Source: the human T2T-CHM13v2.0 reference genome, Homo sapiens
Length of the DNA stretch: 64,000 nucleotides
Assembly (NCBI GenBank): GCA_009914755.4
Contig: CP068257.2
Coordinates: 32,192,001-32,256,000, forward strand
Direction: 5' to 3'
The translations under genes were made by a program, and so were the position numbers. The notes under the pieces were generated by a model. It made no database searches. It saw nothing but the letters and a program-made list of their open reading frames with translations, and was not told the origin of the DNA. This document shows, piece after piece, positions 1 through 13,451 of the stretch. How positions within the stretch are numbered: the first letter of the stretch is position 1; every line of letters starts with the position of its first letter.

Positions 1-773
1 TTTGGATGATCCATTTGAGTCAGAATTAAAATGCAAACCTTAAAAGCATTTGGCGTAATAAATGGCCTCTGTGAAATTTTTAAACAGTATAATCCTGGAT
101 TTTCCTGTGCACTGAATATGCAAGTTAAATTTATACAAAAGAAAACTACAGGACCTTAATACAATTGATTATTGCTGTAAATAATGACTTCCTTAATTTT
201 CTCATCATGTGTCTGTGGAGCTTTTAAATGCCTAAACACAGCAGCAGTCAGCTTTGCTTCTCGTGGAAACCATTTAAGGCCATGGTTTTTTTTTTTAAAT
301 CTTCCTTGTCCTTATACTGAATAAATACTACTTAGTTATTGGAGGTTTTCAGAGTACTGAATTTATATTGATTGCACCCTTTGCTTTCAACTTTAAGTAA
401 TAAACTCAAGTCAAATTATTTTTAATAATGACATGACTTTCTGATGAAGCCTGTTAAGTCACTTCCCAAATCAAAATATTTAAATTACATGCCTCAGGAC
501 TCCAGGCACTTTGTCTCAACTGCCATTATTAGGACAGTTATGGGGTAAGGCTTTTTTAAAAAGTGCAGAGAATAAGAGCTTGAATTATAGTGCATTTTTT
601 TTTTCAGCATTACTGCTTAGACTCTTTTCCCAGACACTTGGACTAAGATGAAGAGATTCCTATGCCATATGTCAATCTAAAGAGGGCAGAGGCTTGGGAC
701 TTCACTGTAGTTGGGTGCTGGGTCTATTCAGGGGTTAATTTAGTTCTACTTAAAGCTGTGACTTTTTCCACAG

Positions 774-1021
774 GTGGATGAAAGCCAAACTGGAGAACCC
801 GGCTGGCTTGGAGGAGAATTAAAAGGAAAGACAGGGTGGTTCCCTGCAAACTATGCAGAGAAAATCCCAGAAAATGAGGTTCCCGCTCCAGTGAAACCAG
901 TGACTGATTCAACATCTGCCCCTGCCCCCAAACTGGCCTTGCGTGAGACCCCCGCCCCTTTGGCAGTAACCTCTTCAGAGCCCTCCACGACCCCTAATAA
1001 CTGGGCCGACTTCAGCTCCAC
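774..1021 (+). CDS. ITSN1: ITSN1 coding exon: C-terminal half of SH3A (…[11 protein letters not shown]) plus start of the Pro/Ser/Thr-rich linker
   Basis: Acceptor ttttccacag|GTG at 771-773 and donor AC|gtacgt at 1022. Translation matches the intersectin-1 SH3A C-terminus ([37 protein letters not shown]…NNWADFSST). The frame carries into the next exon as AC+G = Thr. Confidence 0.9.
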
Positions 1022-2293
1022 GTACGTGTTGGTGGGCTCTTTCTGATGATTTTTGAAATCCCAATTTGATCATTTCCCCCCCACCCCCTTAAGTATTTTC
1101 ATAGTCTTGGATTGTCCTTCTATGTGAGGGAGCTGGCTCATTTTCAGTACTCCTTTCTCTAGCTGGCGAATTGGAGATTACAGTCCCTGAACTGGATTTA
1201 ATGATATCATTGTCTAACAGTGACTTACCATGGTACAAAATGAAGCCTGTTATCTTGTTTTGTTCAATAATGTATTTGTATCTATCATTCTTGTGGAAGA
1301 AGTGGAGAAATACAGTTTCCTAATAATCTATTTTGACATCCATGTCAGTCAGCAAATTTTCAGAGTTATTTCCTGCATGCAAATAGCACTTTTTTTTGCC
1401 AGGCAGAAGCAAAAATTGAATTCAGTCATGTGGTTCTGAATAAGATAGAAAGCTGTTTCCTTTAAAGCTTTCCACTTTCATTAATCTTATACAAATGTAC
1501 AGTAGAATGAAGAGGTGTTTGCACTTGGCCAGTTAGTTCTGTGCCCTGGTTCATCAGGAAATGGCATTTTAAAAACTGTGTGTAAGCAGAGGTTTGAAAT
1601 GATAGATGAAATGGTTGTTCAGACTTCCAGTTATAGGGCCATGACCTAGATGAGCAATTGTCTAAAAATATTTTATACTAGGATACAAGTATGAGTGATT
1701 TGAATAAGAAGTGTTTAAATTTTTTTTCAAGTCTAATCATCTTTCAGAAGAAACAAATTGAAGGCAAGGAATCCAGATGTATTGCTGGAGAAGGATCAGA
1801 TGGAACAAATAGAGGGAAGAAAGAATAATTACTCAGGGCGGGAGGAAGTGGAGGGAAGGATGTAAGGAATAGCAAGTTTTTCATACTTTATTTTCACATA
1901 AAAGGCTGAAGGCGCTAAAGAAGGTCCCCTCATCTAATCTCTGCTTTAAGAAAAAAAAGCCTTCCATTAGCTTGACTTCCAAGTTGAAACTTTTCCTTAC
2001 TCTTTTGGTCTTGACTGAAAAGTTCTGAGTTTTTAAACTAAAGCTTAGGCTAAAATAGAAGACTAATACCATATTTTCCAGGATTTGTTTTGCTGGGGAT
2101 CAAATCAGTATGCCTCTTCTTCAATATATGTATGGTGTGCAGTTCTCTTGCTATAATTATGGGCACCTTATTTTCCAAATGAAAAATCAGGAATTATTTT
2201 GATTTTCAGATTTGTTTGTATATCTTATAAGGATGTAAAAAGTAAATTGCCTTTAGATCTGCAGTCACACAGACATGTTTATCTAAAATTATT

Positions 2294-2597
2294 TTTTATT
2301 ATTTATTATTATTTTGAGACAGGGTCTCACTTCATCACCCAGGCTGGAGTGCAGTGGCATGACCATGGCTCACAGCACCCTTGACCTCCTGGGCTCAAGC
2401 AATACTCCTGCCTCAGCCTCCTAAGTAGCTGGGCCTACAGGTGCATGCCACCATGCCCAGCTAATTTTTAAGTTTTTTGTAGAGATGAGGTCTCACTATG
2501 TTGCCCAGGCTGATCTTGAACTCCCGAACTCAAGTGATCCTCCTGCCTTGGCCTCCCAAAGCGCTGGGATTAGAGGTATCAGCCACCATGCCCAGCC
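2294..2597 (-). mobile_element. Alu SINE (full length), flanked by a 17-bp target-site duplication gtttatctaaaattatt
   Basis: It reads as the reverse complement of the Alu consensus (tttt…gagacagggtctc…ggctgggcatggtggc). The identical flank is at about 2277 and 2598. Confidence 0.9.
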
Positions 2598-2911
2598 TGT
2601 TTATCTAAAATTATTAAAATCACAAAACTAGAACTGTCCCTGGGACCCAGGACAACTGGTTGCTGTCAGGATGCCACTTGTAATTGCTGTGGCATCTAGG
2701 CATACTACCAGGTACTTGCTGTAGAGTGCATGGGTCTGAGAAATGGTGTTGAGAAGCTCCAGCTCCATAGGTGGCATGTAGCTTTTTTTTTTCTCATTTA
2801 ACTATTGTTATTACAAATGATAATGATCATGTGAGGATGTTTCTCCGGGGCTTTGCAGTTACAGAGTATTTCCCTAGCCTGTATTTCATGTACCCTCACA
2901 ACTAACCTTAA

Positions 2912-3452
<541 letters not shown>

Positions 3453-3577
3453 CCTCCTTGTTCTTTCACTGTAGAAAGCCACATTAAGTATACTAGGTTT
3501 GTGTTGCACAGGCTCATTGGTTGCCATCTTTTTCTTTTTTCTTTTTTTCCTCTTTTATTTATTTATTTATTTTTTTG

Positions 3578-3683
3578 GTACTTTACTGTGGGTAAAAAGC
3601 TGGCATATTAGGGAGTGCTTGCTTTTTTTTTTTTTTGGTACTTTACTGTGGGTAAAAAGCTGGTATATTAGGGAGTGCTTGTT
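3578..3683. repeat. Tandem duplication of a ~46-bp unit (ggtactttactgtgggtaaaaagctggYatattagggagtgcttg), copies separated by a T-run
   Basis: Copy 1 is at 3578-3623 and copy 2 at 3638-3683, with 1-2 mismatches. It lies 28-133 bp upstream of the exon acceptor at 3711. Confidence 0.85.
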
Positions 3684-3711
3684 ATTCATGGTGTTGTGCT
3701 TTTCCCTCCAG

Positions 3712-3871
3712 GTGGCCCACCAGCACGAATGAGAAACCAGAAACGGATAACTGGGATGCATGGGCAGCCCAGCCCTCTCTCACCGTTCCAAGTGCCGGCC
3801 AGTTAAGGCAGAGGTCCGCCTTTACTCCAGCCACGGCCACTGGCTCCTCCCCGTCTCCTGTGCTAGGCCAG
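3712..3871 (+). CDS. ITSN1: ITSN1 coding exon: SH3A-SH3B linker ([53 protein letters not shown])
   Basis: Acceptor tttccctccag| at 3709-3711 and donor CAG|gtaaag at 3872. The frame is continuous with the previous exon (…SST|WPTST…). Confidence 0.9.
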
Positions 3872-5704
3872 GTAAAGGCAGCCAGTGAGAGTGTGAAGAC
3901 TTAGCATGCTATCTAGTGCCAAAAACTTCAGCAAATGCTTTTTGGCAATGTCATTTTGAAGCAAGCCTTGTTATGTGTGTCTTGGTTGGCTGGCAGTATG
4001 GGAATCCAGTGCAGGAGCCAGAAATCTGCTGTGAATAGTTGGGAGTTGGGGGTGGGGGTGGGACACAGTCAACTTCTCCTGCCTGGGTTGATGAAGGAAG
4101 CTTCATTGCAGAAGTGGCACTTGAGCTGCATCTTGACCAGTGGGTAAGATCTTACTAGAAAATGGAGAGAGCCTGCCTGTCAGACAGAAACTGCTGGGAA
4201 GGCTCGAAGGCAGACAGTCAGAATGTATTTAAGGAAAATCACATACCCCTCCATTTGTCTAGACCATTGAGTTTTTTTTGGAAAAGGTAGACCAATTAAA
4301 GGTTAATGGGAGGCTCTGAAATGCCCTGCTCGGAAAGAATAATGTCTGAAAGGATAAAGGTGGTTATTCTGAATAGTTCTCTTTTGCTTAATACAATAAT
4401 GATAAAATACTCAAATTTCTATCAATAATCATGCCAAACAGCAAGTGCCCATCTGGGAGGCACTGGAGGTTCCAGCATCATTTCTGATCTGAGAACACCC
4501 AGATGGAACACAGGGTCTAGGCAGATCCATCTGGAGGAGCGGTGTGCAGGAAGATTAGAGTGGAGGGCCGGCAGGGCGGTGCCACCAGTCAGGGGGCTGT
4601 TGGTGTCACCCAGCTGAGACCTAGGGCAGGCCTGGACCCAGCTGAGTTCATGTTCACCAAGTAGGGAGGTGCCGGTGGAAGCAGAAGAGGCGAGCACGTG
4701 GGAGAGACTGCAGAGGAGAGTGAAGAGGTTGGAGTCACAATGCCTATGGGAGCCGAAGGAAAGGAAAGAGGGCTGGGATTGAGAATAAGGGCCCACCTTA
4801 AAGCGGGAAGGGAGAAAGGCAGAAAATGAAATGAATGCGCAGTTAAAGGGAAGAGTTGTGTTTTAGTTGTGTTGAGTTGAAGGTGAACGTGGGACCCTGT
4901 CTGGCAGGCTGTCGGAATATAGATCTGGAGGATGGAAGAGAGCACGAGACTGGGATTATAGATTGGAGCCATTCCCATAGAGAACATTATCGGATATCAG
5001 GAAATGTGTGAGGTCATCCAAGGAGAGGGAATACAGGGAGAAAATAGCAAATCCACAGGCACGTGTGTGTTCTGTGGTCTGGAAGAAGAAGAGGAGCTAC
5101 TCAGCAGGAAATGGTACTTTCCTTTGCATCTGTCCTAGCTCAGCATTTAGCACGTGTCACATGCTCAGTTAACAGTAACTCAGTGATGGGGTGGGGGTTT
5201 GTTCCAGAGAGTGGAGGTGGGGGATGGGAGGTTGCTTATGTTACTAAGTACCGTGGTCAGGGCAAAGAAGAGACCATTCATTGTGACAGGTAGAGCTTTG
5301 TAACCTGGGAAGGAGAAGGATGAAACCACACTGCAGGGGCGTAAAAGGAAATGAGCAGCAAGAAAGTGGAAAGATCTGCAAAAGGAAAGAGAAGGACCAG
5401 AGTGAGGGGCCTCGGGAAAGCAAGAACCAGCCATGTTGCCAGTGGAGATGGGAATGGAAAAGTGAAGTGTCAGAGGATATAGTTGGTATAAGGCAGAAAA
5501 CATTAAAAGCACAGAAAAGACAGGAGTCTTTTTCTTCTGGATGAGGAAGAGTGAAGAGATTGGAGAAGATAAAGCCAAGAAAAATGTTCAAGTTGGGCTG
5601 CATGATATTGTTCTCAGTGAGGAGGGAGCCTGGAGGGGCTGCGGAGTGTAGAAGAGGTTTGGGAGCAGGCGAATGAGGGATCCGACAAAGAAGAATGAAG
5701 AATT

Positions 5705-6005
<301 letters not shown>

Positions 6006-6269
6006 GAATTGCCTGGCTTAATTTAACCTGAGTCCGTAATAGATCATTGCACATTGCCTCAGCTTTCTCTAGCAATGCTTCACAGCTTGGGACTAGGAAT
6101 AATAATAGTTATATAGCTCACCACTGTTATTTCTATCATAGCAATACTGTGCATGGATCTTACTAAACTTCCTTCCCCCTCCCCACCTACACACATCTTG
6201 CATTACCATGGGATTGCTAAACTTTAATAGCCTTTTGGAGAAAGTATCATCTCTACTTTACAGATGTGG

Positions 6270-6370
6270 AAATCGAGATTCAGAGAGATTAAACAGTTGC
6301 CAAAGCCAGAAAATTAGTAAGTGACAGACCTGGGATTCAAACCCAGAGTCCACATCCAGCCCAGGCTGGG
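6270..6370 (-). mobile_element. MIR SINE fragment
   Basis: The stretch gctagtaagtgacagacctgggattcaaacccagagtcc matches the reverse complement of the MIR core. Confidence 0.55.
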
Positions 6371-8065
6371 GTCATTAGGGCCCATCAATGTGAAAAGGTT
6401 GACAAAGCAGACACGGGGAAGATTTCTCAGGGGGAGAGATTCTGAAATACCAGTGAGGGCACAGTTGAAAGGCCAACCCTGGGGTCCATACGTAGAGAAA
6501 TCAGTGAAGTGGCGGAGAGGATTAGACAGTGCAGAAGGGCTGTGGGATGAGGAGCTACGCGGGCAGCAGGTCCACTGCAAGAGGGGGAAAATGGAAGGTC
6601 GAGAATATACAATCTTAGGGGTGTTCGAAATCCAGGGAAACCCCCTCAGCTCTGAGGGACTTGAAGGAGTGAATGTACAGCTAAGTGGAAGGAAATAGGA
6701 TAGGGATGTTGTGGGTTTAAGAAGGCAAGAACCCATGAAGACCAGGAATTAGAGGTTATCAACATAGATGCTGAAACTATTTGACCTGTTGTAAATTCTC
6801 TGCTCATCAGACATAATCATAACTTAATGTCAGTATAATATAAATGACTTCTAAAGGCATGTACAAATTGGTTCTGAAGTAACTCTCTCTAGGCATTATC
6901 TTTTGTTCTTGTCCATTCATATATATGATTGAAAGTTGGTGTTTCATTTTTTACTAAATGCTTTAAGATACTGTAATGGTTTAATGCTATAGCTTAAAAG
7001 ATAATAAATGCCTCACCCTGCCTTTCCAGCCTGACTTCCTCCTCCACCCCTCCATGAGACTAGGCCACATGCAGCCCCGGATTGTGCTTCTCTTCCCGGA
7101 CCCCCTGCAGTGTTCCACCTCGAGGCTTTTGCCCATGCTGCGCCCTCGGCCTGGAGTGCCCTTCCTCCGAAGCCCTAGCTGTCAAAGTCCTTCTCATCCT
7201 TCAAGGCCCATCTCAGATGCTGCCCCCTCTGTGAAATTTACGCTGATGCCCCCAGGCAGAATTCATCCCTGTTTTCTCTTTATTCCTGCAGTGAATAGTA
7301 GGAACTCCTTTTTAGTATATTTCATTCTGCCAGGTGGTACACTTGGTTGTTTTTATCTCTGTCTTCCCCATTACTTGTGAATTACCTGCTAGTAATACTG
7401 CCCATCTTTATAGTGCTTTGTGGTTAATAAAGTGCTTTTCCCTAAATTATCTGGGGGAGGCAGAGACTGTTTTTTTCATCTGTAATCTCATGGGGCAGTG
7501 CATGTAGATGTACAATAAATGGTAATTACAATGAATTTATGCTAACCAAATCCCTGTTTTCTCTGAAAAGGAACTAAAACAAGCATAATCCAGATAGGGC
7601 CTATTTCCCTGGGTCTACCTAATCTAAAATGCCAGTTAATGATCTCATGATAGTTCATAAAATGTCTGCTCCACTGTTAATCCTCCACTAAAAATGCCAG
7701 TCAAATTGGAAATGGGGAGGTGTCCCGGGCAACTTGAGAGTGAAAATAGAACCAAAATATAAAGGGCACACAGCCAGATGCAACAGAATAATTGTGACCT
7801 CCTGGCTTTTTGAAATAGAGAGTTCTAGATGGTCAGACAATGACTTTGTGAAGAGGCTGGAAGGCTTTGGCCTCCACTTTTGGAAATAAACAATTGTTGG
7901 GAAACAGTGAAGCATCCAGCCCTCCTGCTGTGCTGCCTCAGGGCCCTTTGTGGCTGTGTGTGCTTGTCTGGCCTGTGCTTGTTGGAGAGGTGCCATGCTC
8001 ACGTCTGCCCTAATTGATAACAAAGCGCAACATAACGAGAGGTCCTTTATGTTATTCCACACAAG

Positions 8066-8271
8066 GGTGAAAAGGTGGAGGGGCTACAAGCTCAAGCCCT
8101 ATATCCTTGGAGAGCCAAAAAAGACAACCACTTAAATTTTAACAAAAATGATGTCATCACCGTCCTGGAACAGCAAGACATGTGGTGGTTTGGAGAAGTT
8201 CAAGGTCAGAAGGGTTGGTTCCCCAAGTCTTACGTGAAACTCATTTCAGGGCCCATAAGGAAGTCTACAAG
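8066..8271 (+). CDS. ITSN1: ITSN1 coding exon: SH3B domain ([49 protein letters not shown])
   Basis: Acceptor ccacacaag| at 8063-8065 and donor ACAAG|gtattt at 8272. It carries the SH3 signature motifs ALYPW and GWFPKSYV. It ends in phase 2 (AG+C = Ser). Confidence 0.9.
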
Positions 8272-9039
8272 GTATTTTTGTATTTATCTGCTTGTATTTG
8301 ATGAAAACAATATTAGGCGTTATATTACTGTTTGCACTAGTTAAGATTCACAGACAGGAGTTGCGGGATTAGTTTGTCTTCTAGATCTTTTAACTGCAAA
8401 AGTTATAGTATATAGAGTACCAAAAGGGAGCCTCTTATAGATAAGTGCATTCTTTCTTCTCTCATGAAAACCTATGTGCCTTGTTTTTCATTGCCTTATG
8501 CAAGAAGGAATTCAGCTCTGAGACCTGGAACACTCTTGTGCATTAGTTGGAGATTATGACTCTCTTTATGCTTATTACCCAGTGCTGTACCAGATATATG
8601 TGAATACTTGGAAACCCAAAGGATCTGGGGAAATGATCAGAAGGACTTAATTGTCTTTTTCATTAGGGTCTTATAGCATGGAACCTAAGGTTGTTAATTC
8701 CTCCAACCATATTGATGTTCAAAACAAATTATGAGCTTTAAAAGGATGAAAATAGCAAAAATATTCAATGAGCATCTCTCAGTCAGTCATGCCTTGAAAT
8801 AAACTAGTACATAAGCCATGTGTCCAGTATAGCAAAGTGCTGAAAAATAAGAATGCGAGCTTAGAGTCATGCCTCTGTAGTACCTTATTATGTGTTTTTA
8901 ACCTAGCTAAGTACAACTATTTCAGCTGTGGGTCGTTTAAAGTTTTAAAAGTTAAGCAGTTTTAACAGAAAAATCAGTGTCATTGTACGATTTTCTTTGA
9001 AGATAAAAATTAAAATACTCTCTTCTTCCATTATTGCAG

Positions 9040-9122
9040 CATGGATTCTGGTTCTTCAGAGAGTCCTGCTAGTCTAAAGCGAGTAGCCTCTCCAGCAGCC
9101 AAGCCGGTCGTTTCGGGAGAAG
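9040..9122 (+). CDS. ITSN1: ITSN1 coding exon: SH3B-SH3C linker (…MDSGSSESPASLKRVASPAAKPVVSGE)
   Basis: Acceptor ttattgcag| at 9037-9039 and donor GAAG|gtgagg at 9123. The frame is continuous on both sides. Confidence 0.9.
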
Positions 9123-9500
9123 GTGAGGGCCTGAGTTGTATTATGTTCTTCAGAAGGGTCAAGGACATTGTGTAAATGTTTGAAATGAGATTGAATTTCA
9201 TCTTAAGATAGACTGCATTTATGATCAGTATATTAAACTACAGTAAAATGTAAGTTTAGCTCTTTACAGAATCGGAGTACTTCATGGAAAATACTGTCAG
9301 GTATATTAATCATCAAAAACTGAATTTTCTAATTATATTTTATTATAAGCCCTTTGACTTTTAAAAGAGACCCATTCAGTTCACTAAGAATCGAGTTTTC
9401 CGAGCATCTCTATAGCTAAACTATGGTCATTGCTTCACCTAACATAGTCTAGTCTCATCTGACTTCATAGATAAGTATTTCGTTTTAAAAGTAACTACAG

Positions 9501-9815
<315 letters not shown>

Positions 9816-10684
9816 TAACTACACAGACCACTAGAGTTCTCATAGTAACATGAATGCCATCTGTACCATCCCAAATGAAACTGAAACTCAATTTCTGTGC
9901 TCCATGAAAACAATCAAACCAGACAATTTAGGACTAAAAAAAAAAAAATCATTTTGAGTATTTATTATGCAAATAATTGCCTTCTTTCTCAATCTCCACT
10001 TGGTGACATAATCCTAAATATTGTATGGATGCCAACTGAATAAAACTTAGGTAATTCAGGCCCTCATGGTAAAAATCTCACATCTTTTTTACATTCAATA
10101 CAGCCATCATCACATCCTAACTGGAGAGTGCTCCCTGAGTTAGATGGGTTTTCTGTGTAGACATCTGAGCAGTGTTGTAGTTAACAGATGCCATAACTAA
10201 CCAATTCTATAGTAATTCTTTATGGGTTCCTTGAATACATTACAGGAGAATAGAATGTTTTATTTAGTTTGTCTGCCATAATGAGATTGTTAACATTCCT
10301 TAGAAACCTTGCCCAGTGAAAAACAGAATTATTAAAACAGCTGTTTTAGGTGGAGACAGCAAGGATTAAGGTATAATGGTATTTCAGACTCACAGTAACA
10401 ATGTTCTTTTTTCAAGAGGTTTTTTAAAGTAAGAATTTTTTTTAGTTCATAGTATAGCTATAAAACCTTATCACTAAACAAATCCAGCATCTAATTTTTG
10501 CTATTACCATGAAAATGATTAACAGAGTTCCCTTTATACATTCTCATTATCTTAATGACTTTTTATCCACTGTTAGGGTAACAAGGCAAAAAGCTCCTTT
10601 AAATACCACATGCAGTCAGTTTAGTAAAAAGCAACTTATGCACCTCACCAAAAGATAAAGAAAAAAACTTTGGTGTGTTACATC

Positions 10685-10890
10685 CAATCAAGGCTCACTG
10701 GAGGGCTGGAGTTTGTATCTTGACTCACCCATCTAGTAACAGTATTATTTTGTTTATGCCTTAGCTTCTTTGTCTGTAAATTGGCCGTGATAACTACCCC
10801 TTGAGGTAGGAAATTATTACAAGGATAATGAGATAACATGCAGAAGGCTTTTAGAACAAAGCTCAGTAAATGTCTGCTACTTTTATGTCG
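10685..10890 (+). mobile_element. MIR SINE fragment
   Basis: Core-like stretch …cttagcttctttgtctgtaaattgg…aggataatgagataacatgcagaaggctttt…gctcagtaaatg. Confidence 0.5.
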
Positions 10891-13284
10891 TTTTTGCTTC
10901 ATTCCCTGGATTAGTGATAAAGCCACATAAAGTATGAGCATCCTCATCCAATAGCAGTATGGAGGAGTGTTTGTTTGTTTTGAGACATGTACTGAGGACT
11001 CAATAAATAGGTCACAAGTGAACCATGCATGTACTTAAAATTGGGCAACATAATAGAGTTAAATTCTGATCTTAGTTTGTATTTATTACAGCCATTTTGA
11101 AATGACTTAGTTATTAGAAATATTTGGAAAGGTTGCTGGCTTTGTGAAGGGGTGGGAGGACATTAGAAATTCTGAGAAAAGCTATTTACATATATTAATG
11201 AGCCTTTTGTAAATACCACATTGAACATAATCAAATTTAAAGTAAACTGTAAACCAGATAAAATAGATGATTGGCTTGGGTTGCTTTTAAAATATTTAAA
11301 ATATTGGCTTGGGGATGGCCAGTGCCCTCTGTGGAATGTTTCCTGAGAAGGGGTAGCTAAAGAGGAACCTCTGCCTATCCATCATCATGTCTCTGGGTTT
11401 CATTGTCACCCTAAAGCCACTCTCAGATGTCTTTGTGCAAGGCAGGCAGGGCAAGGCCAGCCTCAGTCTTCCCAGTCTCCTTTATATTTTATACTGCAAT
11501 ACCAAGTTCAGCCAGAGTTCATGTTTCTGAAGTTTCTTAAGCATTTGGAAAGTTACTTCAAAATTTGGATCAATTTTAAAGAAAGTAACTTTGAAGTTGA
11601 GGAATCACTGGGGAAAGTATTGATGGCCAAGGATCCTGTCTTAAATGGCCAAATATGATCTAAAGAACAGTAACAGGGAGCAAAATGAAAAGGGAAGGGT
11701 GAGAGTATGGAGAAGTCAGAAAAATGAGTCTGTTAATGAAGAAAGAATGACCCTATTAAAGCCACCAAACTTTGATTTCCTTGTGTGGGAAATCATTTTT
11801 CCAATTTTCACTGTGGAGGTATGTGTTACCAGCGCCTCAGGGCTAAAGACAGAGAGTCTTCTGTTTTCCCTGGGACGTTTGAATGACCTGTGTCTGCCAT
11901 GGGGCCCAGTGCTCTCCACCAGCAATTGCTGCTGGCCTCGGCGCTGACAGGTCAACACTGGCGCTGAAGGAGGCCCTTGTTGCTCCAGGGGCTGCCCACG
12001 TGAGCACAAGAGTTAGAGGTTTTTGTGTTTTTGTCTGTTTGTTTTAGTTTTCATTAGTACCTCCTGCAGAGGCTCTGATAATCAACCGAAGGAGTTCTCC
12101 ATAAAAAATTCCTACCTCTTACTCAACACGAGGCTCGACATTAAAGGAACATCATCTGAGGTTTAGAGAGAAACATACATTGTCCATCATAAAAATGAAC
12201 TTTTTGGGTAAATGGTGATTTTTCTGTTGCTTTAAAAAAATACATACAAAAGCCTAGGATAAAATGGAGAAAAAGGGGAAATAAGAAACCTGTGCATCTT
12301 TCTGTAAATCTTTTATCCTGTACCTAGAACCTCCATCCAGGATTTTGTGTCTGGTGATCTTTCTGAGAGTGTGATTTGGTTCTAAGCCTTAATAAAATCC
12401 ACCAAGAGTGATGCAAAGTTCTACATCTAATTAAAAAGGAAAGTTTCTTCTGTAATGCACACCCTTCAAATTCAAGACACAAAGGAACATTAGTTCTTAT
12501 CCTTTAAGACTAAATTACATGAATAATAAAATGTGATAAACTGTGATTTGTCTTTTTAACTTGTTGAAAGGCTTTCTGGGATTGGGTTAGACATTCCTTT
12601 TATCATCAGTCCTCTCTACCTGTTTGTGCTCTTGAATGACAACTAGATGCCCATTTTTAACTAAACAATATGTGTAACTCATTTTGTGTTCTAACAGCTT
12701 CCTATCATATTGTGTATATGGCACAATAGGACATAAGTTTTCAGGCACTTCAATAAGGAAAAGTATGTCTTATTTAATTTATGCGAAGGATATATGCTAT
12801 CTAACAATTTTTTAAAAACCTGTGACGTAGTACCCTCAAAACTGAAATACACATATTTAATATGCTTACCAAGAGCCTGCATATGAATGCATCTGACCCA
12901 GTGCTCAGCACAGAGTAGGTATTGTGTAACTCTTAGTTAAAAATAAATGTAAAAACCATTTTCATTCAAAAAGAAATCATGATGCTAAATGGTAGATCAC
13001 TCTTAAATACTCAAGTGTCGGTAAACATGCAGTTGGGTTTTTTATTCCTGTGTCTGGGTCTTCCCAGGAATTGTCTCCCTGTCTGCAGCTACTGAACTTT
13101 TATGTGCACTGGGGGAATGTGGAGCCCAGGGCATTCTGCAGCTCTGTATTTTATCTGTGACTAGCCTTTCTCTTGAATGGATCTTGTCCTAACTTCCTTA
13201 TTCGTAAACTTGCTTTTGCAAAGCTGTCTGGGATTTCTTTAAACAATCAAGCTCTCTCCGTATCTCAATATTTCTCCCCACCAG

Positions 13285-13451
13285 AATTTATTGCCATGTA
13301 CACTTACGAGAGTTCTGAGCAAGGAGATTTAACCTTTCAGCAAGGGGATGTGATTTTGGTTACCAAGAAAGATGGTGACTGGTGGACAGGAACAGTGGGC
13401 GACAAGGCCGGAGTCTTCCCTTCTAACTATGTGAGGCTTAAAGATTCAGAG
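13285..13451 (+). CDS. ITSN1: ITSN1 coding exon: SH3C domain ([56 protein letters not shown])
   Basis: Acceptor ctccccaccag| at 13282-13284 and donor GAG|gtaaac at 13452. It has the SH3 motifs ([20 protein letters not shown]). It ends in phase 0. Confidence 0.9.

Noticed and set aside
1022-1046. Read-through of the first exon's donor, which would add YVLVGSF-stop
   Set aside because: It could be a trivial intron-retention product. There is no polyA signal or UTR-like block nearby, so it is not called as an alternative terminal exon.
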